A stretch of 64,000 bases of DNA from Candidatus Saccharimonadales bacterium (lineage in GTDB: Bacteria > Patescibacteriota > Saccharimonadia > Saccharimonadales > UBA4665), in assembly GCA_036263915.1 (NCBI GenBank), contig DATASD010000005.1, forward strand, positions 75,059 through 139,058. The letters are read 5' to 3'. Below are positions 1 through 9,055 of this stretch, piece by piece. The notes beneath the pieces were generated by a model. The model searched no databases, was not told where the DNA came from, and saw nothing but the letters and a program-made list of their open reading frames with translations. Made by a program: the position numbers and the translations under genes. Within the stretch, counting starts at the first letter, position 1. Each line of letters starts with the position of its first letter.

Positions 1-1672
1 AGGTGTCAAGGATCTACACCCTGATGTTCGCATCAACACAAGCAACAAACTAATCATGAACGTTGGTGCGGGCGAAGACCTTGCTGCTATTTCACAAGAC
101 TTCGCACTGCCCGAGGATGGACTTCGCGAACTTGTTGGTGCTGAACCAGGTGAGGGCGTATTCCGCGGACCTGGTATGCAAAAACCAGTTCGTATACGCA
201 CGTTCGACCCTAGACAGCAACCCCTCTTGCATGAACCGATTGTCGAAGGCCCAGAAGCCCTGCTCGACAAGGGAGCTGATAGGGAATTCTACACGCGCGA
301 CGTCAGGCGTGCAGCGCGGGATTTATTACAAGGTAACAATAATAAAAATAAGCTCGGACTGCAGATATTGGGCCTTGCCGAGGAAAACATCTTGCTGCAA
401 ACTGGAAATGCCGAAGGCTTGGCAGCACCCGCCGGGAAAATTCTTGAAGAGTTAAATAAACTCGATCCAAAAGTCCGCGATTGTGCTGTCACCATGGCCC
501 TCACGGAACAAGTTACTGCTCGTCCTGATATTATGCACGCTATGACTCGTTTAGATCTCACCACAAAACTTCGCGACTTTATACTTGACAGTGCCGATGG
601 CAAAGAGCCATCTGCAGAGCCAGATCTCCGATTAACGTTAAACAATTCGCGTTACAACGCCGTAAAGCGCAACGTCGTGCCACCTGCGCTCGAACTTGGA
701 CCGATTGCCGACATATTAGGTGAGTCCGTCAAGGGTCAAGATGGATTTGAGCAATTTCGTTCTATTCAGGCGATGGAATCACGTGCCTTTATAAACGTGT
801 TGAAACTTGCCTTACTGACAGGTGCCGGCGAAGAGGTCAAGCCCGAAGCTGCACAAGCTGCGCTAAGTGACTTAGGTAAAATCGTTGGCTTGCCAACGGA
901 AAAGACGGCGGAGGTCATACGCGCTAACATGCAGCAGCAACTTGCGCGACCTCTTAGACCAAAAGAAGAAGAGTTCCTTAGTGGTCTGGAAACAAAATTA
1001 AAAGAATCTGCTGAGGCCGAAGAAAAAAGAGCGCAGGAATTGGCAGATCAAACGGGGCAGCCAAAAGCGCCACCTATGCGGATCACCTACGGGTATGTGG
1101 GCTACAGGCTTGACCAGCACATTAAGCAGCATCAGGCGAAACCCGCCATAGATATGAGCGATTGGAACGAAAAATACGGCGAGATATTTACCGGCCAGAC
1201 CATGGGTGAGCTTTACAAAGATGTTGTTCGACATGAAGGTGAGTATATGCGAGAACATAACTATAAGGTCAACACGTTCGAAATGATATTAGCGCCCGAA
1301 CTGATCAACCGCGACGGTGACATTGCCATCGATCGCGTCGTTCGTGGTTTAGGTCGAGCTTCAGATCCTCATGGGGCGGCAATTGAACGCCAGAAGAGTG
1401 CACCTACGGCTGCGAGTCCGCTTGCCGCTTACGCCTTACGCGAGGACTTGCCAGCTCTCTTTAATCGTACCGCAAGTAGCGATATTAAGGATTGGTCGGA
1501 AAGGATAGGCGTCGAGCTTATCCATAGTCCAGATATCGATATGCCACGGGGTTCTCGACTTTACCTCCAAGGTCTCTATAATGATGCTATGACCACATTG
1601 CGTGTAAATGGTATGAAATTAAATCAAAGAATTATAGATGTTGCCCAGGCAGCCCAGCAAAATAAATCATAA
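1..1672 (+). CDS. hypothetical protein, probably 5'-partial (first in-window ATG at 56)
   Basis: The frame containing ORF 56..1672 has no stop from nt 2 to the stop at 1670-1672, so the gene likely starts left of the window. No recognisable catalytic motif. Charged, helical-looking sequence. Confidence 0.5.
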   Translation, partial: GVKDLHPDVRINTSNKLIMNVGAGEDLAAISQDFALPEDGLRELVGAEPGEGVFRGPGMQKPVRIRTFDPRQQPLLHEPIVEGPEALLDKGADREFYTRDVRRAARDLLQGNNNKNKLGLQILGLAEENILLQTGNAEGLAAPAGKILEELNKLDPKVRDCAVTMALTEQVTARPDIMHAMTRLDLTTKLRDFILDSADGKEPSAEPDLRLTLNNSRYNAVKRNVVPPALELGPIADILGESVKGQDGFEQFRSIQAMESRAFINVLKLALLTGAGEEVKPEAAQAALSDLGKIVGLPTEKTAEVIRANMQQQLARPLRPKEEEFLSGLETKLKESAEAEEKRAQELADQTGQPKAPPMRITYGYVGYRLDQHIKQHQAKPAIDMSDWNEKYGEIFTGQTMGELYKDVVRHEGEYMREHNYKVNTFEMILAPELINRDGDIAIDRVVRGLGRASDPHGAAIERQKSAPTAASPLAAYALREDLPALFNRTASSDIKDWSERIGVELIHSPDIDMPRGSRLYLQGLYNDAMTTLRVNGMKLNQRIIDVAQAAQQNKS

Positions 1673-1686
1673 CGAGAATCACAGAT

Positions 1687-3654
1687 ATGGAATACGGAAA
1701 ACAACCTGAATTATCCCAAAACGCCTGGACTGGCGGCATGCCAGTGGCACCGACTGAATTTCCTGGTGCCCCAGCCGACCGGCCAGTTATCGGCGGCTTT
1801 CCTCAGCGCGCCGACTACTACCCGCAGCCGCCGGCCATTGTGGAGCAAACACCGCCAGAAATAACTGAGCCCCCCCGCCCATTTACCGAAACGCGCGCGG
1901 TACCCTCAGAAACAGCTCCAGGACAACAACCGAAAAGCTTCCAAGAATTCATTACGGGCAAAGAGCGTGCTACCTTCGTGGGTACGCGGGCACTCTCTGA
2001 AAGTCAGTTGAATAAGGCCGTCGATGCCCATATAGAAAAACTTCCTGCTGGGTCAGTTGTTTTTGTGGCTAACTTAGGTTCGGGCAGGACCGAACTAGCT
2101 CAAGAAACGGATCGTCGTGCGGTCGTAAAGAGCAATATTCTTGATGAGAACGGATTATTGGGCCAAATGTCGGTCAAGAATCGCGCACGTACCTTTGGAG
2201 AAGCAACAAGTGCAAGCGTTGGCGACGAATCAAAAGCTGTGATGCACGCAAGCCTTATTGAAAAGGCAGAGCGGGCCATGCGCCGTGCAGCAAAAATGGA
2301 GAGCCCAGATCAACCAGCGGGCATTATCCCTCTTGTAAAGGTCCGCGATACATTACGCGTTATGGCAGAGCGGGCTCGCCGCGATAAGAGTTATGGTGAA
2401 TCCCCGACACTTACGAGGGGAGAACGCACGTGCGCCGAAGAAGCGATCACGCCCGAGGACGCACAGACAAATGCTGCTGCAATTAGTGAAGTAAGCCGCT
2501 ATTTCGACGAACTCTTCGAAAGCGACACCCCTATGAGCTTTGCTGAGCAGCGGCCTGCTATCGAAGCAAACACTACAGGCCAACCGAGTGCGGAAAAGCC
2601 GGTCAAAATGCTGCACGTAGGTGTCTCTGGTGATGGCGTAGAACGTCAAGCCGCCATTCGCTTATTAACGACTGCGATGCGTAAAACGATCAGAGCCGGC
2701 ACCCCTCACGGTAGGCCCGAAGGCCTTATCGTTATCGGTGCTGATCAGATCTCTGATCCCGCCATACATCAACAGCTTCGCACGGTATGTGACGAACAGG
2801 GTATACCGTACTTGTATACAATTGGCGAAGTGAATGAAGAGAGCATTAAGCAGGCGAAAGGTACGCTCGTAGTAACACCTATTGATACTGGCGAGGCAGG
2901 GCCGCTCGAACAGGCCGCACCAACACGTCATGGCCAGCGCATTAGCGGTGCCAACGATTCGGTAAGTGGCAATGTTGGGCTATCTGATGGCGACAGTTAT
3001 GGCTACGGTTTTACAAATGGTGGATTTGCCAACAGTTCCAACACAGGTGGTTCGTGGAGTAATACTGGTGGCATGACGTACGGCAAAACTCAGAACCTTG
3101 AATATGGCCCGCAGTCAATGCTGCCAAGCTGGGCGACTAATGCAATTACGCCCGATCAATTTGCTGTTGTATCAGGGCAGGAAGGCTGGTTGTTCGATGC
3201 TGACACAGGCATGCTTATTAGTGAATTTCCGCCGAAGCCAGCCGGCGAGCCCGAACTGCTTGATGTAGGTGAACGTCTAGACAAAATAAAAACTGCCCTA
3301 GGAGAACAGAGCCTTCGCCAGCAAGATGCTTCGCAGGCACTTGAACAGGGTAAGGCACCAAACAGGGTCAGGGACAATTCGTCAAGGCCGGCCGCAATAG
3401 GGAGTTCAGTAACTGACGCATTGAGCCGCGGCTATCGCCAGAAAGATGCCAAAGCACCAGAGGGTTTACCACCTCCAAATATTCCTCCGCGCCAACTGGG
3501 TAACCAATGGCGTGCAGATCACCACTATTACAATGGTAATATGCGTGGCTTTGACAATGTTCTCAGGCAGAAATACGATGACCTAGTTAAGGCCGGAGAA
3601 GTCGATGGTGATATTGAATCATTCAGAAGCTGGAAAAGAAAGCATGGCGTATAG
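1687..3654 (+). CDS. hypothetical protein with a Pro-rich N-terminus and an internal Gly/Ser/Asn-rich low-complexity tract
   Basis: 655-aa ORF 15 nt after the previous stop. The N-terminal ~90 aa are P/E/T-rich (EITEPPRPFTETRAVPSETAPGQQP). It contains the tract GNVGLSDGDSYGYGFTNGGFANSSNTGGSWSNTGG. No hydrophobic signal sequence is seen. Confidence 0.55.
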   Translation: MEYGKQPELSQNAWTGGMPVAPTEFPGAPADRPVIGGFPQRADYYPQPPAIVEQTPPEITEPPRPFTETRAVPSETAPGQQPKSFQEFITGKERATFVGTRALSESQLNKAVDAHIEKLPAGSVVFVANLGSGRTELAQETDRRAVVKSNILDENGLLGQMSVKNRARTFGEATSASVGDESKAVMHASLIEKAERAMRRAAKMESPDQPAGIIPLVKVRDTLRVMAERARRDKSYGESPTLTRGERTCAEEAITPEDAQTNAAAISEVSRYFDELFESDTPMSFAEQRPAIEANTTGQPSAEKPVKMLHVGVSGDGVERQAAIRLLTTAMRKTIRAGTPHGRPEGLIVIGADQISDPAIHQQLRTVCDEQGIPYLYTIGEVNEESIKQAKGTLVVTPIDTGEAGPLEQAAPTRHGQRISGANDSVSGNVGLSDGDSYGYGFTNGGFANSSNTGGSWSNTGGMTYGKTQNLEYGPQSMLPSWATNAITPDQFAVVSGQEGWLFDADTGMLISEFPPKPAGEPELLDVGERLDKIKTALGEQSLRQQDASQALEQGKAPNRVRDNSSRPAAIGSSVTDALSRGYRQKDAKAPEGLPPPNIPPRQLGNQWRADHHYYNGNMRGFDNVLRQKYDDLVKAGEVDGDIESFRSWKRKHGV

Positions 3655-3657
3655 CCT

Positions 3658-3685
3658 TTGAAAAACGCGCCAGTTCTGGTACAAT
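3658..3685 (+). promoter_or_regulatory. sigma70-like promoter upstream of rpsL (TTGAAA-N16-TACAAT)
   Basis: TTGAAA at 3658-3663, a 16-nt spacer, and TACAAT at 3680-3685, about 100 nt upstream of the rpsL ATG. Confidence 0.45.
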
Positions 3686-3785
3686 ACCAAGTACAACATA
3701 AACAATCCGAGCCAGGGAGTCACACATGGACAAGAGTTGGCACTCGCCATGTACCCTGTTTGCGGGTAGATTGTAAGGAGAATTA

Positions 3786-4199
3786 ATGCCAACAATTAAT
3801 CAATTGGTTCGTAAACCACGTGCCAAAGTGACTGGCAAGTCAAAATCGCCAGCTCTTTTGAAGGTGGTGAATAACCTCAAGAATAAAAATTACCGCAAGC
3901 CTGCGCCATTCAAGCGCGGTGTTTGTGTTAAGGTCACCACCAAGACCCCAAAGAAGCCAAACTCAGCCTTGCGTAAGGTTGCACGTGTGCGCCTTGGTAA
4001 CGGCGACGAAGTGTGGGCTTACATCGGTGGTGAAGGCCACAACTTGCAGGAGCATGCAGTGGTGCTCGTACGCGGTGGCCGCGTAAAAGACCTTCCTGGT
4101 GTGCGCTACCACATCGTTCGTGGTGCACTCGACCTGCAAGGTGTTGCTAACCGCAAACAAGGCCGCTCGAAATACGGTGCGAAGAAGGAGAGCAAGTAA
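3786..4199 (+). CDS. rpsL: 30S ribosomal protein S12
   Basis: [12 protein letters not shown]...KRGVC...[12 protein letters not shown]...[27 protein letters not shown] are canonical S12 blocks. It carries an extra ~13-aa segment after PAL. Confidence 0.97.
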   Translation: MPTINQLVRKPRAKVTGKSKSPALLKVVNNLKNKNYRKPAPFKRGVCVKVTTKTPKKPNSALRKVARVRLGNGDEVWAYIGGEGHNLQEHAVVLVRGGRVKDLPGVRYHIVRGALDLQGVANRKQGRSKYGAKKESK

Positions 4200-4678
4200 T
4201 GCCACGGAAAGTTACCAAAGCGTTAGTTCGCGACATTCAACCAGACCGCATGTATAACAGCGTTCAGGTTCAGCGCTTGATCAATCGCGTGATGCGCGAC
4301 GGCAAAAAGCAACTCGCTGAACGCCTCGTATACAACGGCATGCAGAAAGCTGCCGACAAACTCAAAGTAGAAAACCCACTTGAGTGCTTTGAGCAAGCGA
4401 TGAAGAACATTCAACCACATCTCGAGACCCGCTCTCGTCGTGTCGGTGGCGCAAACTACCAGATTCCATTCGAAGTAAAAGGCCAGCGTCAAAATCACCT
4501 GACAACCATGTGGTTCGTACAGGCTGCTCGTGCCCGCAAGGGTATCGGCATGGCTGACCGCATTGCTGCTGAGCTTATTGACGCCTTTAATAGCCAAGGT
4601 TCAGCTGTTAAGAAGCGTGAGGATGCGCACAAGATGGCTGAAGCCAACCGTGCATTCGCGCACTTCGCCCGAGGCTAA
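4199..4678 (+). CDS. rpsG: 30S ribosomal protein S7
   Basis: ATG overlaps the rpsL stop (TAATG). S7 blocks are present: RSRRVGGANYQIPFEV and ...AHKMAEANRAFAHF. Confidence 0.97.
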   Translation: MPRKVTKALVRDIQPDRMYNSVQVQRLINRVMRDGKKQLAERLVYNGMQKAADKLKVENPLECFEQAMKNIQPHLETRSRRVGGANYQIPFEVKGQRQNHLTTMWFVQAARARKGIGMADRIAAELIDAFNSQGSAVKKREDAHKMAEANRAFAHFARG

Positions 4679-4685
4679 GTTACAC

Positions 4686-5036
4686 ATGGCGGGCACTGAG
4701 CTTCCACTACAAGTCACTCATCCGGGGGCTCCGGACACTGATTTGATCTTTATTGATGGCCAGCGACCGCCGCACTTCGCAGTTATTAGAACTGCCGAGG
4801 AAGGCACAACGACCATGCTGACATCAGCCGGACTGTTTGATAGAGAAGGGCTCAACATCTTCTACCACCCAGACCCGATAGCTGATGAGGATAAAAATCG
4901 CCTCTACGAACTCTTAGGTCAACATCCGTATGCGGTTGATTTAGAAGCTTCTATTATAGGTGAGTATCCAGGAGGCGTTGTTGGTGCGGCGCATAACCTC
5001 GCGAAGTTGGTTCTCGGCTCTGAGCAGACTAAATAA
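4686..5036 (+). CDS. hypothetical 116-aa protein inserted between rpsG and fusA
   Basis: Open frame with an ATG at 4686, just after the rpsG stop ([10 protein letters not shown]...). The track ORF 4530..5036 extends upstream into rpsG, which is implausible. It fills an otherwise ~370-nt rpsG-fusA gap. Confidence 0.4.
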   Translation: MAGTELPLQVTHPGAPDTDLIFIDGQRPPHFAVIRTAEEGTTTMLTSAGLFDREGLNIFYHPDPIADEDKNRLYELLGQHPYAVDLEASIIGEYPGGVVGAAHNLAKLVLGSEQTK

Positions 5037-5050
5037 TTTTAAGGAACACT

Positions 5051-7135
5051 ATGGCAGGAAAATATAAGATCCAAGATCTCAGAAACATTGGTATTATTGC
5101 GCACATTGACGCAGGTAAAACCACGACGACCGAAGGTATTCTGTACCGCACTGGTCTAAAGCACAAAATTGGTGCTGTTCACGAAGGTGAAACGACCACC
5201 GACTGGATGGCCCAGGAACGCGAACGCGGTATTACCATCGTGTCTGCGGCCGTAACGTGCTACTGGAAGAACAAGCAGATTAACATCATCGATACCCCTG
5301 GCCACATCGACTTTACCGTTGAGGTGGAGCGCTCGCTTCGCGTACTCGACGGCGCCGTGGTTGTGTTCGACGGTAAGATGGGCGTGGAATCACAGTCCGA
5401 AACCGTATGGCGCCAGGCCGACAAGTACAATGTGCCGCGTATTTGTTTCATCAACAAGATCAACCAAACCGGCGGCGACTTCTACAAATCACTCGAGAGC
5501 ATCCACAACCGCCTAAGCAAACGCGCGTTCCCGATTCACCTGCCGATCGGGTTCGAGCAAAGTGTGAACGGTGTAGTTGACCTCGTAACTATGAAGGCCT
5601 ATAGCTATAAGGAATTCACCGACCACGAGCTGGTCGAGGGTGAGATCCCTGCCGATATGCTCGATGAGGCTAAGAAATATCGCAGCTTACTTATCGAAAA
5701 CGCAGTTGCCGAAGATGAAGCCTTGCTCGAAAAATTCTTCGAGGTTGGTGAAGAAGGTCTGACGGAGACTGAAATCAAGCAAGCTATTCGCAGTGCTATT
5801 TTACATGGCGACTTCTTTGCGGTAACTGGTGGCGATGGCCGTGGGGTGATCGTCGAAAAACTGCTCGACTTGGTCACCGAATTGTTGCCGAGCCCAATCG
5901 ACCGTGGCTCTACGTGGGGCACCCATCCTAAGAGCGGCGATGAGATTGAACGCAAATCAGACGAGACACAGCCATTTGCAGCGCTGGCCTTTAAGATCGC
6001 AACCGACCCATTTGTAGGTAAGCTTGCATACTTCCGCGTGTATTCTGGTAAATTGCAAGCCGGTTCATACGTACTCAACTCGTCGACTGGAGAAAAAGAG
6101 CGCGTGGGCCGCATCGTTCGCATGCAAGCCGACAAGCGTGAAGATGTTACCGAAGTTTCTGCTGGTGATATTGCTGCCATTGTAGGTCTGAAGGGTACGA
6201 CCACTGGTAACACCTTGTGCGACGTTAATAATCCGATCGTTCTGGAGAGCATTACATTCCCCGAACCGCCAGTGTCAATCGCTATTGAGCCAAAGACCAA
6301 GGCCGACCAGGAAAAGATGAGCATTGCCTTGCAGCGCTTGGCCGAAGAAGATCCAACCTTCCGTGTGAAGGTCGACGACGAAACCGCGCAAACGATCATC
6401 TCGGGAATGGGTGAGTTGCACCTCGACATCATTGTTGACCGTATGAAACGCGAATTCAACGTTGAGGCTAACATCGGTCAGCCACAGGTTGCCTACCGCG
6501 AGACGATTCGTAAAGATGCTGTCGAAGTCCAAGGTAAATTCGTCCGCCAATCTGGTGGTCGTGGTCAGTACGGTGACGTATGGCTACGCCTGAGCCAGAA
6601 CGAAGCCGGCAAGGGCTTCGAGTTCATCAACTCGATCAAGGGTGGTGTTATCCCTGGCGAATACATCAAGCCGGTCGAGCAAGGTATTGTCGAGGCCATG
6701 AACAATGGTGTTATCGCTGGCTACCCGGTAGTTGATATCAAGGCTGAGCTCTACGATGGTAGCTACCACGAAGTAGACTCCAGCGAAATGGCCTTTAAAA
6801 TTGCCGGCTCGATGGCACTACAAGAGGGTGTCCGCAAGGCGACCCCGACCCTCCTCGAACCAGTTATGAAGGTTGTTGTCGTTACCCCAGAAGAATTTAT
6901 GGGTGACGTCATTGGCGACCTCAATAGCAAGCGCGGTCGCATCGAATCGATGGAAGATCTGCCTGCTGGCGTCAAGGAAATCACCGCCTTTGTGCCGCTT
7001 GGTGAAATGTTTGGCTACACAACCAACTTGCGTTCTATGACGCAAGGTCGCGCCAGCTCAAGCATGGAGCTTGATCACTACGCCGACGTACCAAACAACG
7101 TTGCCGAGGCGATCATCGCTAAGCACGCTAAATAA
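5051..7135 (+). CDS. fusA: translation elongation factor G
   Basis: [21 protein letters not shown] and NKID-type (NKINQ) GTPase motifs. Full-length 694-aa EF-G architecture. Confidence 0.98.
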   Translation: MAGKYKIQDLRNIGIIAHIDAGKTTTTEGILYRTGLKHKIGAVHEGETTTDWMAQERERGITIVSAAVTCYWKNKQINIIDTPGHIDFTVEVERSLRVLDGAVVVFDGKMGVESQSETVWRQADKYNVPRICFINKINQTGGDFYKSLESIHNRLSKRAFPIHLPIGFEQSVNGVVDLVTMKAYSYKEFTDHELVEGEIPADMLDEAKKYRSLLIENAVAEDEALLEKFFEVGEEGLTETEIKQAIRSAILHGDFFAVTGGDGRGVIVEKLLDLVTELLPSPIDRGSTWGTHPKSGDEIERKSDETQPFAALAFKIATDPFVGKLAYFRVYSGKLQAGSYVLNSSTGEKERVGRIVRMQADKREDVTEVSAGDIAAIVGLKGTTTGNTLCDVNNPIVLESITFPEPPVSIAIEPKTKADQEKMSIALQRLAEEDPTFRVKVDDETAQTIISGMGELHLDIIVDRMKREFNVEANIGQPQVAYRETIRKDAVEVQGKFVRQSGGRGQYGDVWLRLSQNEAGKGFEFINSIKGGVIPGEYIKPVEQGIVEAMNNGVIAGYPVVDIKAELYDGSYHEVDSSEMAFKIAGSMALQEGVRKATPTLLEPVMKVVVVTPEEFMGDVIGDLNSKRGRIESMEDLPAGVKEITAFVPLGEMFGYTTNLRSMTQGRASSSMELDHYADVPNNVAEAIIAKHAK

Positions 7136-7151
7136 TAGGTACACGAGCACT

Positions 7152-7185
7152 AAAAGACGCCCAGAAACAAGGGCGTCTTTTTATA
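7152..7185 (+). terminator. Rho-independent terminator after fusA
   Basis: AAAAGACGCCC / loop / GGGCGTCTTTT stem followed by a T-run, 17 nt after the fusA stop. Confidence 0.7.
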
Positions 7186-7214
7186 TTGCGCTGGCGATGC
7201 GTGCGCTGTACACT
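7186..7214 (+). promoter_or_regulatory. candidate promoter (TTGCGC-N17-TACACT) for the chorismate mutase gene
   Basis: TTGCGC at 7186-7191, a 17-nt spacer, TACACT at 7209-7214. GAGGA RBS at 7215-7219 before the ATG at 7225. Confidence 0.4.
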
Positions 7215-7224
7215 GAGGACTACG

Positions 7225-7491
7225 ATGCAAGAACAGTACGACCTGGCAGAGCTGCGTCGACAGATCGACCGTGTCGATGAGCAGCTTGTCCAGCTCTTGA
7301 ATGAACGTGCCCGCTTATCGCTCCAAGCCGGCATCGCCAAGAACTGGAAAGATATCTATCGTCCGGAGCGCGAAAAACAAGTCGTGAGCCACGTAACGTC
7401 AGTCAGCAATGGCCCGCTTTCTAACGAAGCAGTAACTGAAATCTTTCAAAAAATTATAGAGATCTGTCGCGCCATTCAGCGCAATAAATAA
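7225..7491 (+). CDS. AroQ-type chorismate mutase (88 aa)
   Basis: LAELRRQIDRVDEQLVQLLNERARLSLQAGIAK...YRPEREKQV matches the helical AroQ CM pattern (R..ID.iD..l..Ll..R...). The ATG at 7225 has an RBS, so the track start at 7186 is unlikely. Confidence 0.7.
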   Translation: MQEQYDLAELRRQIDRVDEQLVQLLNERARLSLQAGIAKNWKDIYRPEREKQVVSHVTSVSNGPLSNEAVTEIFQKIIEICRAIQRNK

Positions 7492-8766
7492 CTACCAGTT
7501 GCCGCCCACACATTGAGTTGTACCAACTCGAATACCGTTTCGCTGTGACTGTCGTACGCCCTCGACGCCTTTTACCCCCATTGCACCGAGCGACCATAGG
7601 GCTGCGCGGTAGGTCTGCAACTCTTGATCTGTTTGAGCCGCCACTTCTGCGCGCTCTTGGTGGTGTGCTTCCATAAAGCGCCGGTAAAGCTCGGGCGATA
7701 CATTAGCGCCAGTGGTGAACGTGATATTTGTTGTTCGTGGCCCGCCAGCATGTTCCCGCAGGTATACCTCAAGTCCGGCACGAGAAAGCGCACCGGCTGG
7801 TTCAATATTTCGGCCATACCGTTTGCTAAGATACGCCATTGCACCGCCGACCTGACCTTTGCTAACCGTCATGATTGGTGTTTCGACGAGCATCGCCATA
7901 GTCAAGTTTCCAGGTATGGCGAAGGTGCCATCATTATCTGCGTCATAATTACCATTAGGAAACAAATCTTCGATTGACTTCCAGGGCCTTCCGGACGTAT
8001 AGTGCTGCGCGGCGCGGTTGGAGAGGTCGCCACCCGCCATTTGGACTCCGATAAGCTCTAGGTCGATATCGTTTAAGAGTCCTTGTTCGTCGGCATATCG
8101 GCGTGCCATCTCAAGCCCGCTAATAAGTCCGCCGCCGCCAACCGGCACAAGCCAGCGAACTTTGCCTACCACGCCGTGGTTGCGCATTGATTGAATCACC
8201 TCTAGGCCAAGCGTACCTTGCCCGGTAATAACGTCTGGATGGTTGTATGGTGGAAGAAAATGGTGACCGTCCTGTTCGCCGAGTTCTGTAGCGCACTTGA
8301 TCGCGGCTGTGATGTCGGTGTGTACAGCCTGTACATCGACGCCAAGGCTCGTCATATTGTCCATCTTAACGCCGCTTGCCGAGTCGGCTGTTTGTGCATG
8401 TGCCTTCACGCCGATTAAACGAGCCGCTAGACCGGCCGAAGCGCCATGATTGCCGGCAGTCGCCGTATCTAGGTCCGTAAGCGGCACGCCAGCTCGCTGA
8501 GCATGTAATTTAGCTTCGAGCGCAGCATTAATCGCTCCTCGATCTTTGTATGTACCTGTTGGGTTATCGATCTGGCTTACATCGTACACTGTGTGACCGT
8601 ACAATACGGGTGCTGGTTGCAGACGGGCTTCCTGAATATCTTCTTCCCGAAATAATAGATCTCGCCCGCACTCATAGAAAGCATCGAAGCGCGGCTTGAC
8701 CTCGCCATACAGCTCGCTGAGTGTAGGTACGGCGTCTGTTTGTATTGCTAATAATTCAGTAGCCAT
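7492..8766 (-). CDS. PLP-dependent fold-type II enzyme, threonine/serine dehydratase-like (IlvA-like)
   Basis: The PLP-lysine motif PTGTYKDRGA, the GNHGAS block and the glycine loop VGGGGLISG are present. The ATG at 8766 has a GAAGGA RBS 6 nt upstream. The alternative ATG at 8781 abuts the upstream hairpin T-run. Confidence 0.75.
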   Translation of the reverse strand: MATELLAIQTDAVPTLSELYGEVKPRFDAFYECGRDLLFREEDIQEARLQPAPVLYGHTVYDVSQIDNPTGTYKDRGAINAALEAKLHAQRAGVPLTDLDTATAGNHGASAGLAARLIGVKAHAQTADSASGVKMDNMTSLGVDVQAVHTDITAAIKCATELGEQDGHHFLPPYNHPDVITGQGTLGLEVIQSMRNHGVVGKVRWLVPVGGGGLISGLEMARRYADEQGLLNDIDLELIGVQMAGGDLSNRAAQHYTSGRPWKSIEDLFPNGNYDADNDGTFAIPGNLTMAMLVETPIMTVSKGQVGGAMAYLSKRYGRNIEPAGALSRAGLEVYLREHAGGPRTTNITFTTGANVSPELYRRFMEAHHQERAEVAAQTDQELQTYRAALWSLGAMGVKGVEGVRQSQRNGIRVGTTQCVGGNW

Positions 8767-8783
8767 GGATTTTCCTTCCATAT

Positions 8784-8810
8784 AAAAAGCCCCGAGGGTA
8801 TCCCCGGGGC
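8784..8810 (-). terminator. attenuator terminator in the 5' leader of the dehydratase-like gene
   Basis: The minus strand reads GCCCCGGGGAUACCCUCGGGGC followed by UUUUU, immediately upstream of the RBS and start. No minus-strand gene lies upstream that it could terminate. Confidence 0.55.
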
Positions 8811-8834
8811 GTTGGTGGTTATGTTCGTATTATT

Positions 8835-8909
8835 TTATGCGTGTACCATCAATCGACCCCGAGTGGGGATAATAATGATGGCAATAATTTGTTTGCTCAC
8901 GCGCAACAT
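8835..8909 (-). CDS. candidate Ile-rich leader peptide MLRVSKQIIAIIIIPTRGRLMVHA (24 aa)
   Basis: Minus-strand ATG at 8909 and TAA at 8837-8835. Six Ile codons fall within seven positions (8888-8868). The ORF overlaps alternative helices that compete with the downstream terminator. Confidence 0.45.
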   Translation of the reverse strand: MLRVSKQIIAIIIIPTRGRLMVHA

Positions 8910-8953
8910 AGAAACAAGTATGTACTCGTCGCTCGCCATTTGCAAGTTTTTAC

Positions 8954-8982
8954 TTTACACTAGAGATGATTTCCGCTACAAT
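8954..8982 (+). promoter_or_regulatory. sigma70-like promoter upstream of tuf (TTTACA-N17-TACAAT)
   Basis: TTTACA at 8954-8959, a 17-nt spacer, TACAAT at 8977-8982. Confidence 0.5.
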
Positions 8983-9055
8983 ACGTGGGTCACTGGTGTG
9001 AGTATTTATCCTCATGCAGAAAACATTTAGTTATTAATTAAGGAGTCTTTCCCAA

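Noticed and set aside
4530-4685. Upstream part of track ORF 4530..5036 overlapping the 3' end of rpsG
   Set aside because: It overlaps rpsG by about 150 nt in another frame, with an Arg/Leu-rich artefact-like sequence. If the ORF is real, it most plausibly starts at the ATG at 4686.
8812-9030. 72-aa plus-strand ORF in the dehydratase/tuf intergenic region
   Set aside because: It has a hydrophobic, AT-driven composition and no RBS. The region is better explained by divergent promoters plus the minus-strand Ile leader/attenuator.
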